Positions 1-9,615 of a DNA stretch of 64,000 nt are shown in pieces. How positions within the stretch are numbered: the stretch's first letter is position 1; every line of letters starts with the position of its first letter. This DNA comes from an uncultured Ignavibacteriaceae bacterium (GTDB lineage: Bacteria > Bacteroidota > Ignavibacteria > Ignavibacteriales > Ignavibacteriaceae). The stretch lies in assembly GCA_964448105.1 (NCBI GenBank), contig CAYUVK010000006.1:8443-72442 (forward strand), given 5' to 3'. The notes under the pieces were generated by a model. The model was not told the origin of the DNA, made no database searches, and saw only the letters and a program-made list of their open reading frames with translations. The position numbers were made by a program, and so were the translations under genes.

Positions 1-2297
1 AGGATAGCTGCCGAAATTTTTTTCGCCGTATATTCTAAGTGCAGCCGCAGATAAAGGGAGTAAAGAAGTGGATACGTAATAACGTACATCCCCGGTTAAT
101 TTCGAAAAGCCGCTTTGATCTTTTCTTAGCGAAGGATAAGAAACTGCTTCCCCTGCAAAATAAAGTCCCTTGCCGGGAATAACCGGGTTATCTCTTCCAT
201 CTATTTTTATCCCTGCATTTATCCCGGTTAATAGAAAATCTCTATAACCATAAGGAGGATTCTGAATAAATAGAGAATTCACCTCTTTTTCCGTAGAAGT
301 AAATTTCAATGAAATCCCAAAGGATAAATTTATATGGTTGTTTAAAAGAAATTCAATCCGCGGATCAATTAAAAATTCTTTCTGGTTTACTTTATAAAAA
401 TGTTGTTTCTCAAGAACTTTATCTCTTTTTGTTTCATTACCATAGCCATAAAAATTAAGGACTTCCAAACCGGAGCCAAAAGCATGAAGTGCAATTTTGG
501 AACCATTTATTAAAGAATAGAATTCACCTAAATAATTTATTTTAAATTTCTGCGGTTTAGTTGCAAACCCAGCCTTCAACTCCATCCTGTAAACATACGG
601 AGAAGTTCGGAAGCCGAATTCATATAAAATTGGACCACCTCCAAGGAATAATCCTTCATCCGGGTTAGAGGAAATCCAGGGGATAAACCGCCAGTCATGG
701 CCCCAATCCTGAACTGTTGGCTCATACTTAATAGTATCATTATTAGGTTTAGGATTATCATTTTTATTTATTACTGTGCTTGCACCTTTTATAAATCTGG
801 TTTTATTCCCCCCGTCATAAAAGAAAGTTTTTTTCTCAGCCTGCAATATAAAAGGAATGAATCCGAACAAATATCCTTTAACTTCGGAGCTGTCAATTAG
901 TTCATCTTTGTCCCCATCACCTGCAATAATCACAGGAATACTTGAATTCACTTCTCCTTTAACAATTGCATAGTCATCACCGTCGAGAAGCATTATTCTT
1001 ATTTCTTTTGTAAAATCATCATTAAACATTCTATGAAATAGGATTGACTTCTTTTTCTCACCTGTTTTTTTATCTCTTTTACTAACCGTTACTTCAACAT
1101 GGTGTTCATCAATCCGGTTTATTTCTGCATATTCATCTTTATCGGTTCCATATATATCAACATATTTTGAAATATTTTTATAGTAATTTTCAGAAGCTTC
1201 AAAAAGATTATTGCGCCTTTCTTTTAAAATTGATACTAAATATTCTCCTGATTTTTGAATCATTTCAGGCGGCATATGATTGACCGCATCAACTATAACC
1301 GAATCAGTAAGATGATCTAATACATAATTAGTCACCGAATCCCATTGCGGTTTATCAAATGAAGACAGGAACCTTCTATCAACATATCTTCCCGACCAGG
1401 TTAAAGATTCAATTTTAGGATAAGATTCCGAAAAGCTGTTCATTTGAGTTATCGATTCAGTTGCAATCCAGGGAAACAAACCATCAAACCTTGAAAAAGC
1501 CTGATCGCGATCTCTTGGAATTGGATACCAGACTTTTTCCCCATTCTCGGTGAACCGAGCCCATTTCCATTGATCAACATGCCTGTCCCAATCTCCGACA
1601 TAAATGTCTATTAACCTGGCCTTTAGAAATTCTGTAGCCTTTACATGCTCATCATTATCCTCTTCAAGCCTTTTGAATAATTTATATGTACTTTTTATTT
1701 TTTCCGCATTTGCAAATCCCTCATCTTCATCATCAGCTTCAGGCTGGATTTCAAGCATACCAATAATTCCACCGAATTCTTGTCTGAATTTTCCAAGCTT
1801 TTCATCATCAGGCATAATATAAAGCTCAGGTATTGCCTGCAAAACTCCCACAGCATTTAGAATTGGAGCAACTATAAGAGGCGCCATTGGATTTGCCGAG
1901 CTAATCTGGTCCTGAAATACATCGGCTGCAAGTGATTCCTGTAATTCCGGCGGGAGAGTTTTAGATGGATCTTTATCTAATGATCTGAATTTATATTGCT
2001 TACCATCTTTTCCAACTAATCTTAATGATTTTGTCTGCAACCCGCCTCCCTTTTTTAAAGGTTCTAATCCGCCTGCAAATTTATTTAAATCTAAAACTTT
2101 AATTTTTAAAGGTGTAGACCATAAATCTCTCCAGTGTGTCCCGAAGAAAATTTTATGAAACCATCCTGCTTTATAACTTTCATTTGGAATTACTATTATT
2201 TCTTCTTCGGTGGTTTCATCTAAATTACTTTGAACTTGCGGATATGAAGAAATGGTTAAAAGAAAAAATGCAATATTTAGGTAAGTAATTCTTTTCA
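1..2297 (-). CDS. Large exported hypothetical protein, partial (C-terminal end runs off the window start)
   Basis: Hand translation of the minus strand from the ATG at 2295-2297 gives a signal-like N-terminus (MKRITYLNIAFFLLTISSYPQVQS). It appeared open to base 1 by eye; only the first ~260 nt were checked codon by codon. It is absent from the ORF track because no stop falls inside the window. It contains a GDWDRHVDQWKW motif, and the distal part has an alternating beta-strand-like pattern. Confidence 0.6.
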
Positions 2298-2466
2298 TTT
2301 TTATCTAATAAATAGAATTTTGCTATTGATAAATTTTTTCATCATGTTCTAACACTTTATTCACATAATTATCATTAATTTAAAAAGTCATAGTTTTTTA
2401 TTATTAGAAATGCGGAAAATAAAATATCAATTATCTAAAATGAGGGAGAATACGAGTAATTATATA

Positions 2467-3675
2467 TTATTCAATCAATGGTCCTAAATTTGTCCCTCCT
2501 GGGAAAAGAATTACGGCCACTGCAAAAGCTAAAATTGAGACTATTATACCATACATAAAAATATTGTAACATATTCTCAGGTAGCGGTATTTTTGTCCCA
2601 ATACCTGGCCAAGGTAATAGAAATCTTTTGTCATACTGCCGTAAAGAAAATCTTTATCATTCATCATTTCATTCATTCCCCATTCAAATTCTTTCAGCTT
2701 CATTTTAAAAAAATTTCCAAAGAATAAAAGGTTGACTCTTTTTTCTTTAATATCTTCATGTGTAAAAGTGCCTGAAGTAATTTTAGGACGCGTAACCAAA
2801 ACAGCAAAAATCAAAGTAACTAAACTCACAGTTGCCAATATTGCAGTAGGAATTATCAGATGCGGATTAGTATCTAATTTTCTTACCATTACAGCAACTA
2901 TTGCAGTTAAAATAAGAGTATTAATGCTTATCATAATATTAGCTTTGTTATCTGCAAGCCCGCTGAACTCTACATGCGTACGAATTGTATTACGGAACAT
3001 TGTTTCAATCCCGCGCTCAGCTTGTTTACTTTTTGCCGGTTTTTGTTTTTCAATTGTATCACCAATTTCAATTCCATTTTTTACTTTAATTAGTCTCTTT
3101 TTCAGCTTTTCAATGTTTCTTTGCCTTTGCTCTTCAAAAACTTCTTTTGCATAATCAGTATTAAATTTATTGTTCGTTAAAAAATCAATATTGGAATTCA
3201 GCCATTCAATATCCGTAAACTTGTTACCCAGCATATTTTCCCATTCCTGCCGAAGTAGCTTTACCCTGCTTTGAAACCCTTTTTGACCAATATGTGACAG
3301 GTCGGCATCGCAAATAATTTTTTCAAGTAAACTTTTAGGATTACGTGGAATCTTTGTAGCCCTTATTAAGTGAGCAACCATTTCAATTTTTTCTTCAGAA
3401 AGATGATTCTCATTACTAAAGTTTTTAAAAATCTCAATACTTTTTTCCTCATGTCCAATATAAAGTTTAATCAAACCCGTATCATGGAACCATGCGGCAA
3501 GTAAGAGAATCTCCATATCTTCATTCGATAAACCACTGTGTTCTCCAATTAGTTTTGCAGATTCAACTACATTGAGAGTATGGTCAATATTATGATAAAC
3601 GCAGCCTTCCGGTAGATTATTCTGAAATAAATTAACAACAAATTCAGATGCTTTAGTCAAGTAATTCATAATCAT
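2467..3675 (-). CDS. HD-domain phosphohydrolase fused to a C-terminal multi-TM domain (DUF5706 / PycTM-like)
   Basis: N-terminal HD motifs are present (YHNIDHT, AAWFHDTG). The C-terminal half (ERGIETMFRNTIRTHVEFSGLADNKANIMISINTLILTAIVAVMV plus two further hydrophobic helices) matches my recollection of DUF5706, the Pycsar effector TM domain. Confidence 0.75.
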   Translation of the reverse strand: MIMNYLTKASEFVVNLFQNNLPEGCVYHNIDHTLNVVESAKLIGEHSGLSNEDMEILLLAAWFHDTGLIKLYIGHEEKSIEIFKNFSNENHLSEEKIEMVAHLIRATKIPRNPKSLLEKIICDADLSHIGQKGFQSRVKLLRQEWENMLGNKFTDIEWLNSNIDFLTNNKFNTDYAKEVFEEQRQRNIEKLKKRLIKVKNGIEIGDTIEKQKPAKSKQAERGIETMFRNTIRTHVEFSGLADNKANIMISINTLILTAIVAVMVRKLDTNPHLIIPTAILATVSLVTLIFAVLVTRPKITSGTFTHEDIKEKRVNLLFFGNFFKMKLKEFEWGMNEMMNDKDFLYGSMTKDFYYLGQVLGQKYRYLRICYNIFMYGIIVSILAFAVAVILFPGGTNLGPLIE

Positions 3676-3921
3676 TTACCCCAAATAATTATTAATTTGA
3701 AGTTACTTATTTTTAAATAAAAAAGAAATTATAATTATTTATTTCTGATCTAATTACTCGGAAAAAGATACCGGATCTTATGATTTTTTAAATCATTTCC
3801 GGCTAATCGTCATCCTCGTAACTTTAAGAGAAATTGCCGGCAGGAATTATCTTAAATACAAAACGGATAATTGATACAAATGAAAATCTTTACATTCAGG
3901 ATTTACAGGCTGTTTGTCAAT

Positions 3922-4628
3922 ATTTTAATGATAACGAATCTTATTTTCTTTAGAGTGCGATTGTTCTTCAGGTTCCTCCATTTCTTTTTCATCCATTTCT
4001 TTTGAATAAGAATTATATTCTTCGGGTGAAGTTTTATGAAGTTGTTTTACTGCAGCTACAATTGCCCATATTTTATCATCGGGATGAGTTCTACCCCATG
4101 CCGGCATTCCCGTCATTTTAATTCCGTTTTTAGTTACCCAAAATAATTCTTCTGCGCTCATTTCTTTACCTGACTCACTCAAATCTGGTGCAGGCGGATT
4201 TAATCCTTTTGCCAAATTTGTTTCTTTCTTCCCCGGTGCACTGTGGCAGCTTTCACACATTTCTTGATAATGTACAAAACCTTCTTTAATCATGGATGAA
4301 TCATTTAGATCCGGAGCCTTAATCGCTTTAGAATGATGCTCAACAGAATTATCGCTTGTAGTTTCTAAAACCCATTTGGAGATTCCTGTTTCAGGTTTTA
4401 TTGCACTTACATTGTATAGGCCTGAGTAAATAAATATGATGCCTAATACGCCTAATCCAATAAATGTAAATAATATTGATAAAATGATTTTCATTGTTTT
4501 TCTTAGATATTTTAGTGAATATTTTTGTAGGATAAGTTAAAGGTTAAAAGTTAAGATTCAAAGGTCAGGGATCAAAGATTGACTATGATTAGTAATTCTT
4601 AATCCAAATTGAGTTGTTTTGAATTAGA
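3922..4628. repeat. Direct repeat copy A (~0.7 kb; cytochrome c gene plus its upstream region)
   Basis: Hand alignment with 21109-21813. The two copies are identical from ATTTTAATGATAACGAATCTTATTTT through the whole CDS. Similarity then decays through ATCAAAGAT...TTGTTTTGAA in the 5' flank. Confidence 0.8.
3925..4494 (-). CDS. Membrane-anchored monohaem c-type cytochrome (paralogue A)
   Basis: N-terminal TM helix, a single CESCH haem motif and a downstream MTGMPAWG (Met ligand region). About 23 of 189 residues differ from the 21112-21681 copy by hand alignment. Confidence 0.85.
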   Translation of the reverse strand: MKIILSILFTFIGLGVLGIIFIYSGLYNVSAIKPETGISKWVLETTSDNSVEHHSKAIKAPDLNDSSMIKEGFVHYQEMCESCHSAPGKKETNLAKGLNPPAPDLSESGKEMSAEELFWVTKNGIKMTGMPAWGRTHPDDKIWAIVAAVKQLHKTSPEEYNSYSKEMDEKEMEEPEEQSHSKENKIRYH

Positions 4629-4963
4629 TAATGACCAGAATAGTTCTTTTGTATTTTCACCATTAAAAGTTAGAGCAGTATAAGAAATCATTTTTTTATA
4701 TTTATCAAAATATTGCATGAAAGATTTTGGCAAAGGTAACACGAATACCCCGTTACTAATTTCCTCTAATCTTATTCCTTTTAAAGAAATATCCTTTATA
4801 ATAAAATTACTTGTGTTTTTTACAGAAAATTCTTGAAAGAATAGTAAATTATAAGGTATAAGATAAAAGTTTTATTATTAATCTAATTTGCAAATTATTT
4901 TTTTACTGCATACATTCCGTTAAAATTTATGGCTGAGTTTCCAAATTATGTGCAGGTAGATAC

Positions 4964-7474
4964 ATGTTTAAGTTAAATAAATTTTTGCCTTGGTTATCCA
5001 TCCGGAACAAACTGATTATTGCATTTACAGGTCTTTCTTTATTGCCCATTATGGTAGTCGGTGTATATGGAATTGTTACTAACACGAAGATGATGAGACA
5101 TATTGCAATTCAAAATCTCAATCATGATCTTTCCTTGCTTCAGGAAAATACGGCAAGCCTAATGTCTGGGATAGAAAGTGATCTTCGGCTGATTCAAAAT
5201 TCATATTTGAATAAGAATTTATTGAATACATCGAAAGATCAACACTATTTTTTACAAACACATACAATTAAAGATTTAAATGACGGACTTCTATCTTTAG
5301 TTAAATCACGAAGGATTTACTACCAGATTAGAGTTATGGATTATTTGGGAAATGAAATTTCACGCGTACAATCAGAATCATCCAATTTGACAGATGATTC
5401 ATATCAGATTGTTGCCAGAAATGAATTACGACCATTTCCTGAAGTCTATTACCTTTATCTTGTAAAAAATCTTTCCAAAGGTCAAATTGCATTAGCTCCG
5501 GCCGAACTTCGTGGAACAAATAATAAATTAATACCTGTGGTAAGTTTTGCTGTGCCTATAAGTTATGGAGACAAGGAATCCGGTATTCTTATTGCAGATG
5601 TGTATGTTAAAAGCCTTTTCGGCTCTTTACAGACTTATAAACCTCTAGCCCAGGATGAGGAAGTAATTTTAGCAAGCAGCGATGGTCATTACCTTTATCA
5701 TTCTTTAAAGAAAAAGAACTGGAATAAATTGTTAGCTGAAAGAAATGAATATAATCTTCAGCATGATTTTTCTGTTCCTGTAACAAATAAAATTCTTTCA
5801 AACCGGAAATCTACATTTATCGATGAAAGTAATTATATAATCTCTCATTCACCACTTTTCTATGGATATTCTTCAGTTTATCATTCAAGCATAGAACAGA
5901 GTTTCGCAATTCCGTTATATTTAATTGTTGCTGTTCCTAAAGCAATCATTATGTCTCCTGTTCACTCTTATGAAAATACATTTGCAGGTATACTTGTATT
6001 ATTCCTTATCATTTCAATTACATTAAGCCTATTGGCGACAAGACATTTTACTACTTCGCTTGCAACACTTACAAGAGGGGCTGAAACAATTACCAAAGGG
6101 AATTATGATTACAGGGTTAATGTAGAGACGGGTGATGAGATTGAAAAATTAGCTGAGCAATTCAATTTAATGGCAAAATCATTATTTGCACATGAAAAGG
6201 AAATACAGCAATATAGATTACACCTTGAAGAAATGGTTGCTTCCAGAACGGAAGAGCTTTTTTCCGAAAAATCAAAGTTGCAGGCCATACTTGATAATTT
6301 ACCGAGTGCATTTTTACTTCTTGATAAAGAATTGCGTATACAAACTGCAAGCGCTGCATTTAATACAATCACGGGTTACAATATTGATGATGTAAAAGGA
6401 GAAAATTGCAGCAAGATTTTCGGTACAAACGGATCATGTACTAATTGCATTTGCCAGAAAGCAATTTCAAATAATAAAATTGAAAGCTATATAAGCTGTA
6501 AAATAGATAACAAGCAGCAAGAACGCTACATTGAACATGTTGCCATTCCAATGAAGTATAATAGTGAAGTGATTGCCGTATTAGCAGTTATTACAGATAT
6601 TACGAAACGAAAGCAATTGGAAAATGTTTTAGTTAAAACAGAGAAGCTTGCTGCAACAGGAGAGATTGCAGCATTTGTAGCCCATGAATTCCGTAATTCT
6701 CTGACATCAATTAAAATGATTCTTCAACTTTTAGCGGAATCTGAACACGTTTCGAAGTCTGAAAAAAAATCTGTTACCGTTGCACTCAATTCTACCGGGG
6801 AAATGGAAGAAACTGTTACCAAGCTGCTTAACTATGCTTACCCGGTTCCGATGAACTTTCAAGCTGCAAGCATTGACACGATATTGAATGAAAGTCTCGT
6901 TTTTGTCCAGCTCCGTTTTCGTAAATCAAGGATATCTATCAAAAAAGAAATCGAACCTTCAATTCCACCAATATTTTTAGATGCTTCACATTTAAAGGAA
7001 GCAATAATTAATGTTCTTTTGAATGCCGTTCAGTCGATAGATGAAAAAAATAATTCATCTGAAAGTATAAACTTCGAAAAAGACGCAGTTAATAAAATTG
7101 GGATTTCAGTACGGAAAATAAATCTTAAAAAGACACTTCACGATTATAAATTAGAAGAAGCTATTGAATACACACATATTGAAAATGCAGATCGCAATAA
7201 ATATGAGATAATTTTACCAAAGGGAACCGAGTGTATTCTTTTACAAATTACCGATACCGGCGGTGGCATAGATCGTAAAGATATTTCGAGAATTTTCGAT
7301 CCGTTCTTCACTACAAAAACTAATGGTACCGGACTAGGGCTTCCAATGGTAAAGAGAACTATTAATGCTCATCGGGGTATTATTACAGTAGAAAGTAAAA
7401 AGGGAGCGGGTACAACTTTTGGTATCTTTATCCCATTACTTAACGAAGGTGATTCATTTCCTAAACATATCTGA
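4964..7474 (+). CDS. Sensor histidine kinase (2 TM, periplasmic Cache-like domain, HAMP, PAS, HisKA, HATPase)
   Basis: Two TM segments flank a ~300-aa extracytoplasmic region. H-box FVAHEFRNSL, N-box NVLLNAVQS, G-boxes DTGGGI and GTGLGL. PAS-like segment LQAILDNLPSAFLLLD. Confidence 0.9.
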   Translation: MFKLNKFLPWLSIRNKLIIAFTGLSLLPIMVVGVYGIVTNTKMMRHIAIQNLNHDLSLLQENTASLMSGIESDLRLIQNSYLNKNLLNTSKDQHYFLQTHTIKDLNDGLLSLVKSRRIYYQIRVMDYLGNEISRVQSESSNLTDDSYQIVARNELRPFPEVYYLYLVKNLSKGQIALAPAELRGTNNKLIPVVSFAVPISYGDKESGILIADVYVKSLFGSLQTYKPLAQDEEVILASSDGHYLYHSLKKKNWNKLLAERNEYNLQHDFSVPVTNKILSNRKSTFIDESNYIISHSPLFYGYSSVYHSSIEQSFAIPLYLIVAVPKAIIMSPVHSYENTFAGILVLFLIISITLSLLATRHFTTSLATLTRGAETITKGNYDYRVNVETGDEIEKLAEQFNLMAKSLFAHEKEIQQYRLHLEEMVASRTEELFSEKSKLQAILDNLPSAFLLLDKELRIQTASAAFNTITGYNIDDVKGENCSKIFGTNGSCTNCICQKAISNNKIESYISCKIDNKQQERYIEHVAIPMKYNSEVIAVLAVITDITKRKQLENVLVKTEKLAATGEIAAFVAHEFRNSLTSIKMILQLLAESEHVSKSEKKSVTVALNSTGEMEETVTKLLNYAYPVPMNFQAASIDTILNESLVFVQLRFRKSRISIKKEIEPSIPPIFLDASHLKEAIINVLLNAVQSIDEKNNSSESINFEKDAVNKIGISVRKINLKKTLHDYKLEEAIEYTHIENADRNKYEIILPKGTECILLQITDTGGGIDRKDISRIFDPFFTTKTNGTGLGLPMVKRTINAHRGIITVESKKGAGTTFGIFIPLLNEGDSFPKHI

Positions 7475-7484
7475 AAAATATTAA

Positions 7485-8906
7485 ATGAATAAATTTAACA
7501 AATTAAAAGAGAATAGAGGAAAAATTCTTGTTGTGGATGATGATCCCAAAATATTATTTGCCTTTCTTGAAGTTTTAAAGAAAGACGGTTATTCTGCTGT
7601 CACGGCAGGCGATGGAGAAGAAGCTTTAAAGGTAATCAGCTCCGAAAATATCGTACTGATTTTCATGGATATTTCAATTCCCAAAATAGACGGCTTGGAG
7701 GTTTTAAAAAGATTTAGAGAACTGGGGATAAATATTCCTACTATCATTATTACCGGTTACGGTATAATGCAAAATGCAATTAAAGCCATGCAGCTCGGTG
7801 CTTTTGACTATCTTACAAAACCACTTGACATAAATAAAATCAGAGAACTAACAAAAAATGCGCTGTCTAAATCGGTTAGAACTTCAGAGAATACCAAAAA
7901 CGATTTTACTTTTAATACAGATATAGTCGATAGTTATGAATTAATCGGCAGAAGCTCACGGATGCAGGAAATATATAAATTGATCGGTATGGTTTCCACG
8001 ACACCCAATACAGTTCCGGTATTAATCACAGGTGAAAGTGGTACGGGAAAAGAATTGGTAGCCAGGGCAATTCACGGCAACACATTAGAAACAGGTCACC
8101 CTTTTATAGGAATTAATTGTTCTGCGGTTCCTGATAACCTGCTTGAATCAGAACTGTTCGGTTACGAAAAGGGTGCCTTTTCGGGTGCTGAGACCCGTAA
8201 GTTAGGGAAGTTTGAACTTGCCCAGAACGGAACGATATTCCTTGATGAAATCGGCAATCTTTTACCAAACTTGCAGCAAAAATTGTTAAGGGTACTTCAG
8301 GAAAGAGAATTTGAAAGACTCGGCGGTAATGTTCCAATAAGAGTGCAAGCTCGATTCATAGCTGCAACAAACAAAGATCTTGAACCGGAAATTAAAAAAG
8401 GAAATTTTAGGGAAGATTTTTATTTCCGGTTGAATGTTGTGTCAATTAAATTGCCTCCCCTAAGAGAACGTCCTGAAGATATTCCCCTTCTTTCAAATTA
8501 TTTTTTAGCAAAATACAATGAGCATCTTAAAAAGAAGGTTGAGGGATTTTCAAAACAAACTATGGCACTTTTAAACAATTATCAATTTCCGGGAAATGTT
8601 AGAGAACTGGAAAATTTAATTGAGAGAGCAGTAATGCTGACAAGAGGAAAAGAAATTACAGATGACCTCCTGGAAAAAATGCTTAGCTTAAATCCGGTTA
8701 AGGCGCCGGTACTTCCAATTTCAGGATCAACACTCAAACAATCACGCGAACATATTATCAGGATGTTTGAACAACAATTTATTGAAAAAAAACTAGCCAA
8801 CACACATGGAAATGTTACTCTGGCAGCTAAAGATTCAGGAATGACAAGACAAAACTTCCAGCGCATGATGAAAAAGTATAATATAAAAGCATCAGATTTT
8901 AAATAA
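7485..8906 (+). CDS. Sigma-54-dependent response regulator (NtrC family: REC + AAA+ + Fis-type HTH)
   Basis: REC domain (ILVVDDD...FMDISIPKIDG), Walker A GESGTGKE, sigma-54 contact loop as GAFSGA, and a C-terminal HTH (GNVTLAAKDSGMTRQNFQRMMKKY). Confidence 0.92.
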   Translation: MNKFNKLKENRGKILVVDDDPKILFAFLEVLKKDGYSAVTAGDGEEALKVISSENIVLIFMDISIPKIDGLEVLKRFRELGINIPTIIITGYGIMQNAIKAMQLGAFDYLTKPLDINKIRELTKNALSKSVRTSENTKNDFTFNTDIVDSYELIGRSSRMQEIYKLIGMVSTTPNTVPVLITGESGTGKELVARAIHGNTLETGHPFIGINCSAVPDNLLESELFGYEKGAFSGAETRKLGKFELAQNGTIFLDEIGNLLPNLQQKLLRVLQEREFERLGGNVPIRVQARFIAATNKDLEPEIKKGNFREDFYFRLNVVSIKLPPLRERPEDIPLLSNYFLAKYNEHLKKKVEGFSKQTMALLNNYQFPGNVRELENLIERAVMLTRGKEITDDLLEKMLSLNPVKAPVLPISGSTLKQSREHIIRMFEQQFIEKKLANTHGNVTLAAKDSGMTRQNFQRMMKKYNIKASDFK

Positions 8907-9057
8907 TATAAATCCTTCATATCAAAACCTGCATAAATAAAGATATATTAAGACAAAGATAAATCAGAATAAAAAATTACTTCGCTTAAATGAAATTGGT
9001 TCCGCTTATTTATTTATCATATACTCCTATTCCCATTATACCTATGTACCTTAAAAG

Positions 9058-9097
9058 TGTAAAATAATCTTTGGCACATGTAAAATAAAACTTGGCA
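9058..9097 (+). promoter_or_regulatory. Two 19-bp direct repeats spaced 21 bp apart (candidate enhancer / UAS for the sigma-54 activator)
   Basis: TGTAAAATAATCTTTGGCA (9058-9076) and TGTAAAATAAAACTTGGCA (9079-9097). They lie ~75-115 bp upstream of the candidate -24/-12 element. Confidence 0.35.
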
Positions 9098-9170
9098 GTT
9101 TTTCCTTCTCAAAAATAATTCTATCCGTGTAAATCTCTACTAATGAACTATTTAATACATTTACTCAAAC

Positions 9171-9184
9171 GGCATACATGTTGA
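9171..9184 (+). promoter_or_regulatory. Candidate sigma-54 (-24/-12) promoter
   Basis: GGCATACATGTTGA compared with the consensus GGCAC-N5-TTGC. The GG and the TTG are at the correct spacing, but the final C is an A. It lies ~35 bp upstream of the REC gene start. Confidence 0.35.
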
Positions 9185-9216
9185 ACAAACCATATTAAAT
9201 TATTTGTGCAAAAGTA

Positions 9217-9606
9217 GTGATGAATAGACCAAAGATATTAGTTGTAGATAGTGATAAAAATATTCTTTCAGCTTTCAGTAATTATTTAAGGAAGAAAAAA
9301 TATTCAATGACCGGTGTAAATAATATTGAAGCAGGATTGAATAAAATCTATAAACAAAATTTTAATCTTGTGATTACTGATGTTAGGATTAATTCGGAAT
9401 TTGGAACAAGTTTTATCTCACAAATTAAAGAGACCCAAAATAGCTTACCAATAATTGCAATTACAAGTTATCCAGATAAAATAAAAGAATCCGATTTGAA
9501 AATTTGCGGTGCAGATTATCTTTTTATAAAACCTTTAGAACTTAGTCAGCTTGATAAAGCAATCGAAAACTGTTTAAAATCAAATTTAACAAACAAAATA
9601 ATATAG
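9217..9606 (+). CDS. Stand-alone receiver (REC) domain response regulator
   Basis: CheY-like pattern ILVVDSD...LVITDVRIN...IIAITS...K. There is no output domain. The start is GTG 9217 or ATG 9220. Confidence 0.85.
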   Translation: MMNRPKILVVDSDKNILSAFSNYLRKKKYSMTGVNNIEAGLNKIYKQNFNLVITDVRINSEFGTSFISQIKETQNSLPIIAITSYPDKIKESDLKICGADYLFIKPLELSQLDKAIENCLKSNLTNKII

Positions 9607-9615
9607 GGTGAAAAA

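Noticed and set aside
2732-3154. 140-aa plus-strand ORF inside the HD-domain gene. The same pattern applies to 13269-13715, 14636-14998, 19419-19730, 20238-20549, 25782-26051, 30724-30936, 37977-38303 and 38506-38760.
   Set aside because: These are antisense shadows of much longer ORFs with clear family motifs. Their products are low-complexity or hydrophobic with no motifs, so I do not treat them as genes.
4560-4860. Minus-strand open frame (…IKDISLKGIRLEEISNGVFVLPLPKSFMQYFDKYKKMISYTALTFNGENTKELFWSLSNSKQLNLD*) upstream of cytochrome copy A.
   Set aside because: There is no canonical start for most of its length, and I recognise no family. It partly overlaps the repeat flank. It could be a gene relic, but I cannot support it.
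9071-9100. TTGGCAC and TTGGCAG motifs read as sigma-54 -24 boxes.
   Set aside because: Neither has a GC/TTGC element at the required 10-nt spacing. They are better explained as parts of the two 19-bp direct repeats (candidate activator sites).
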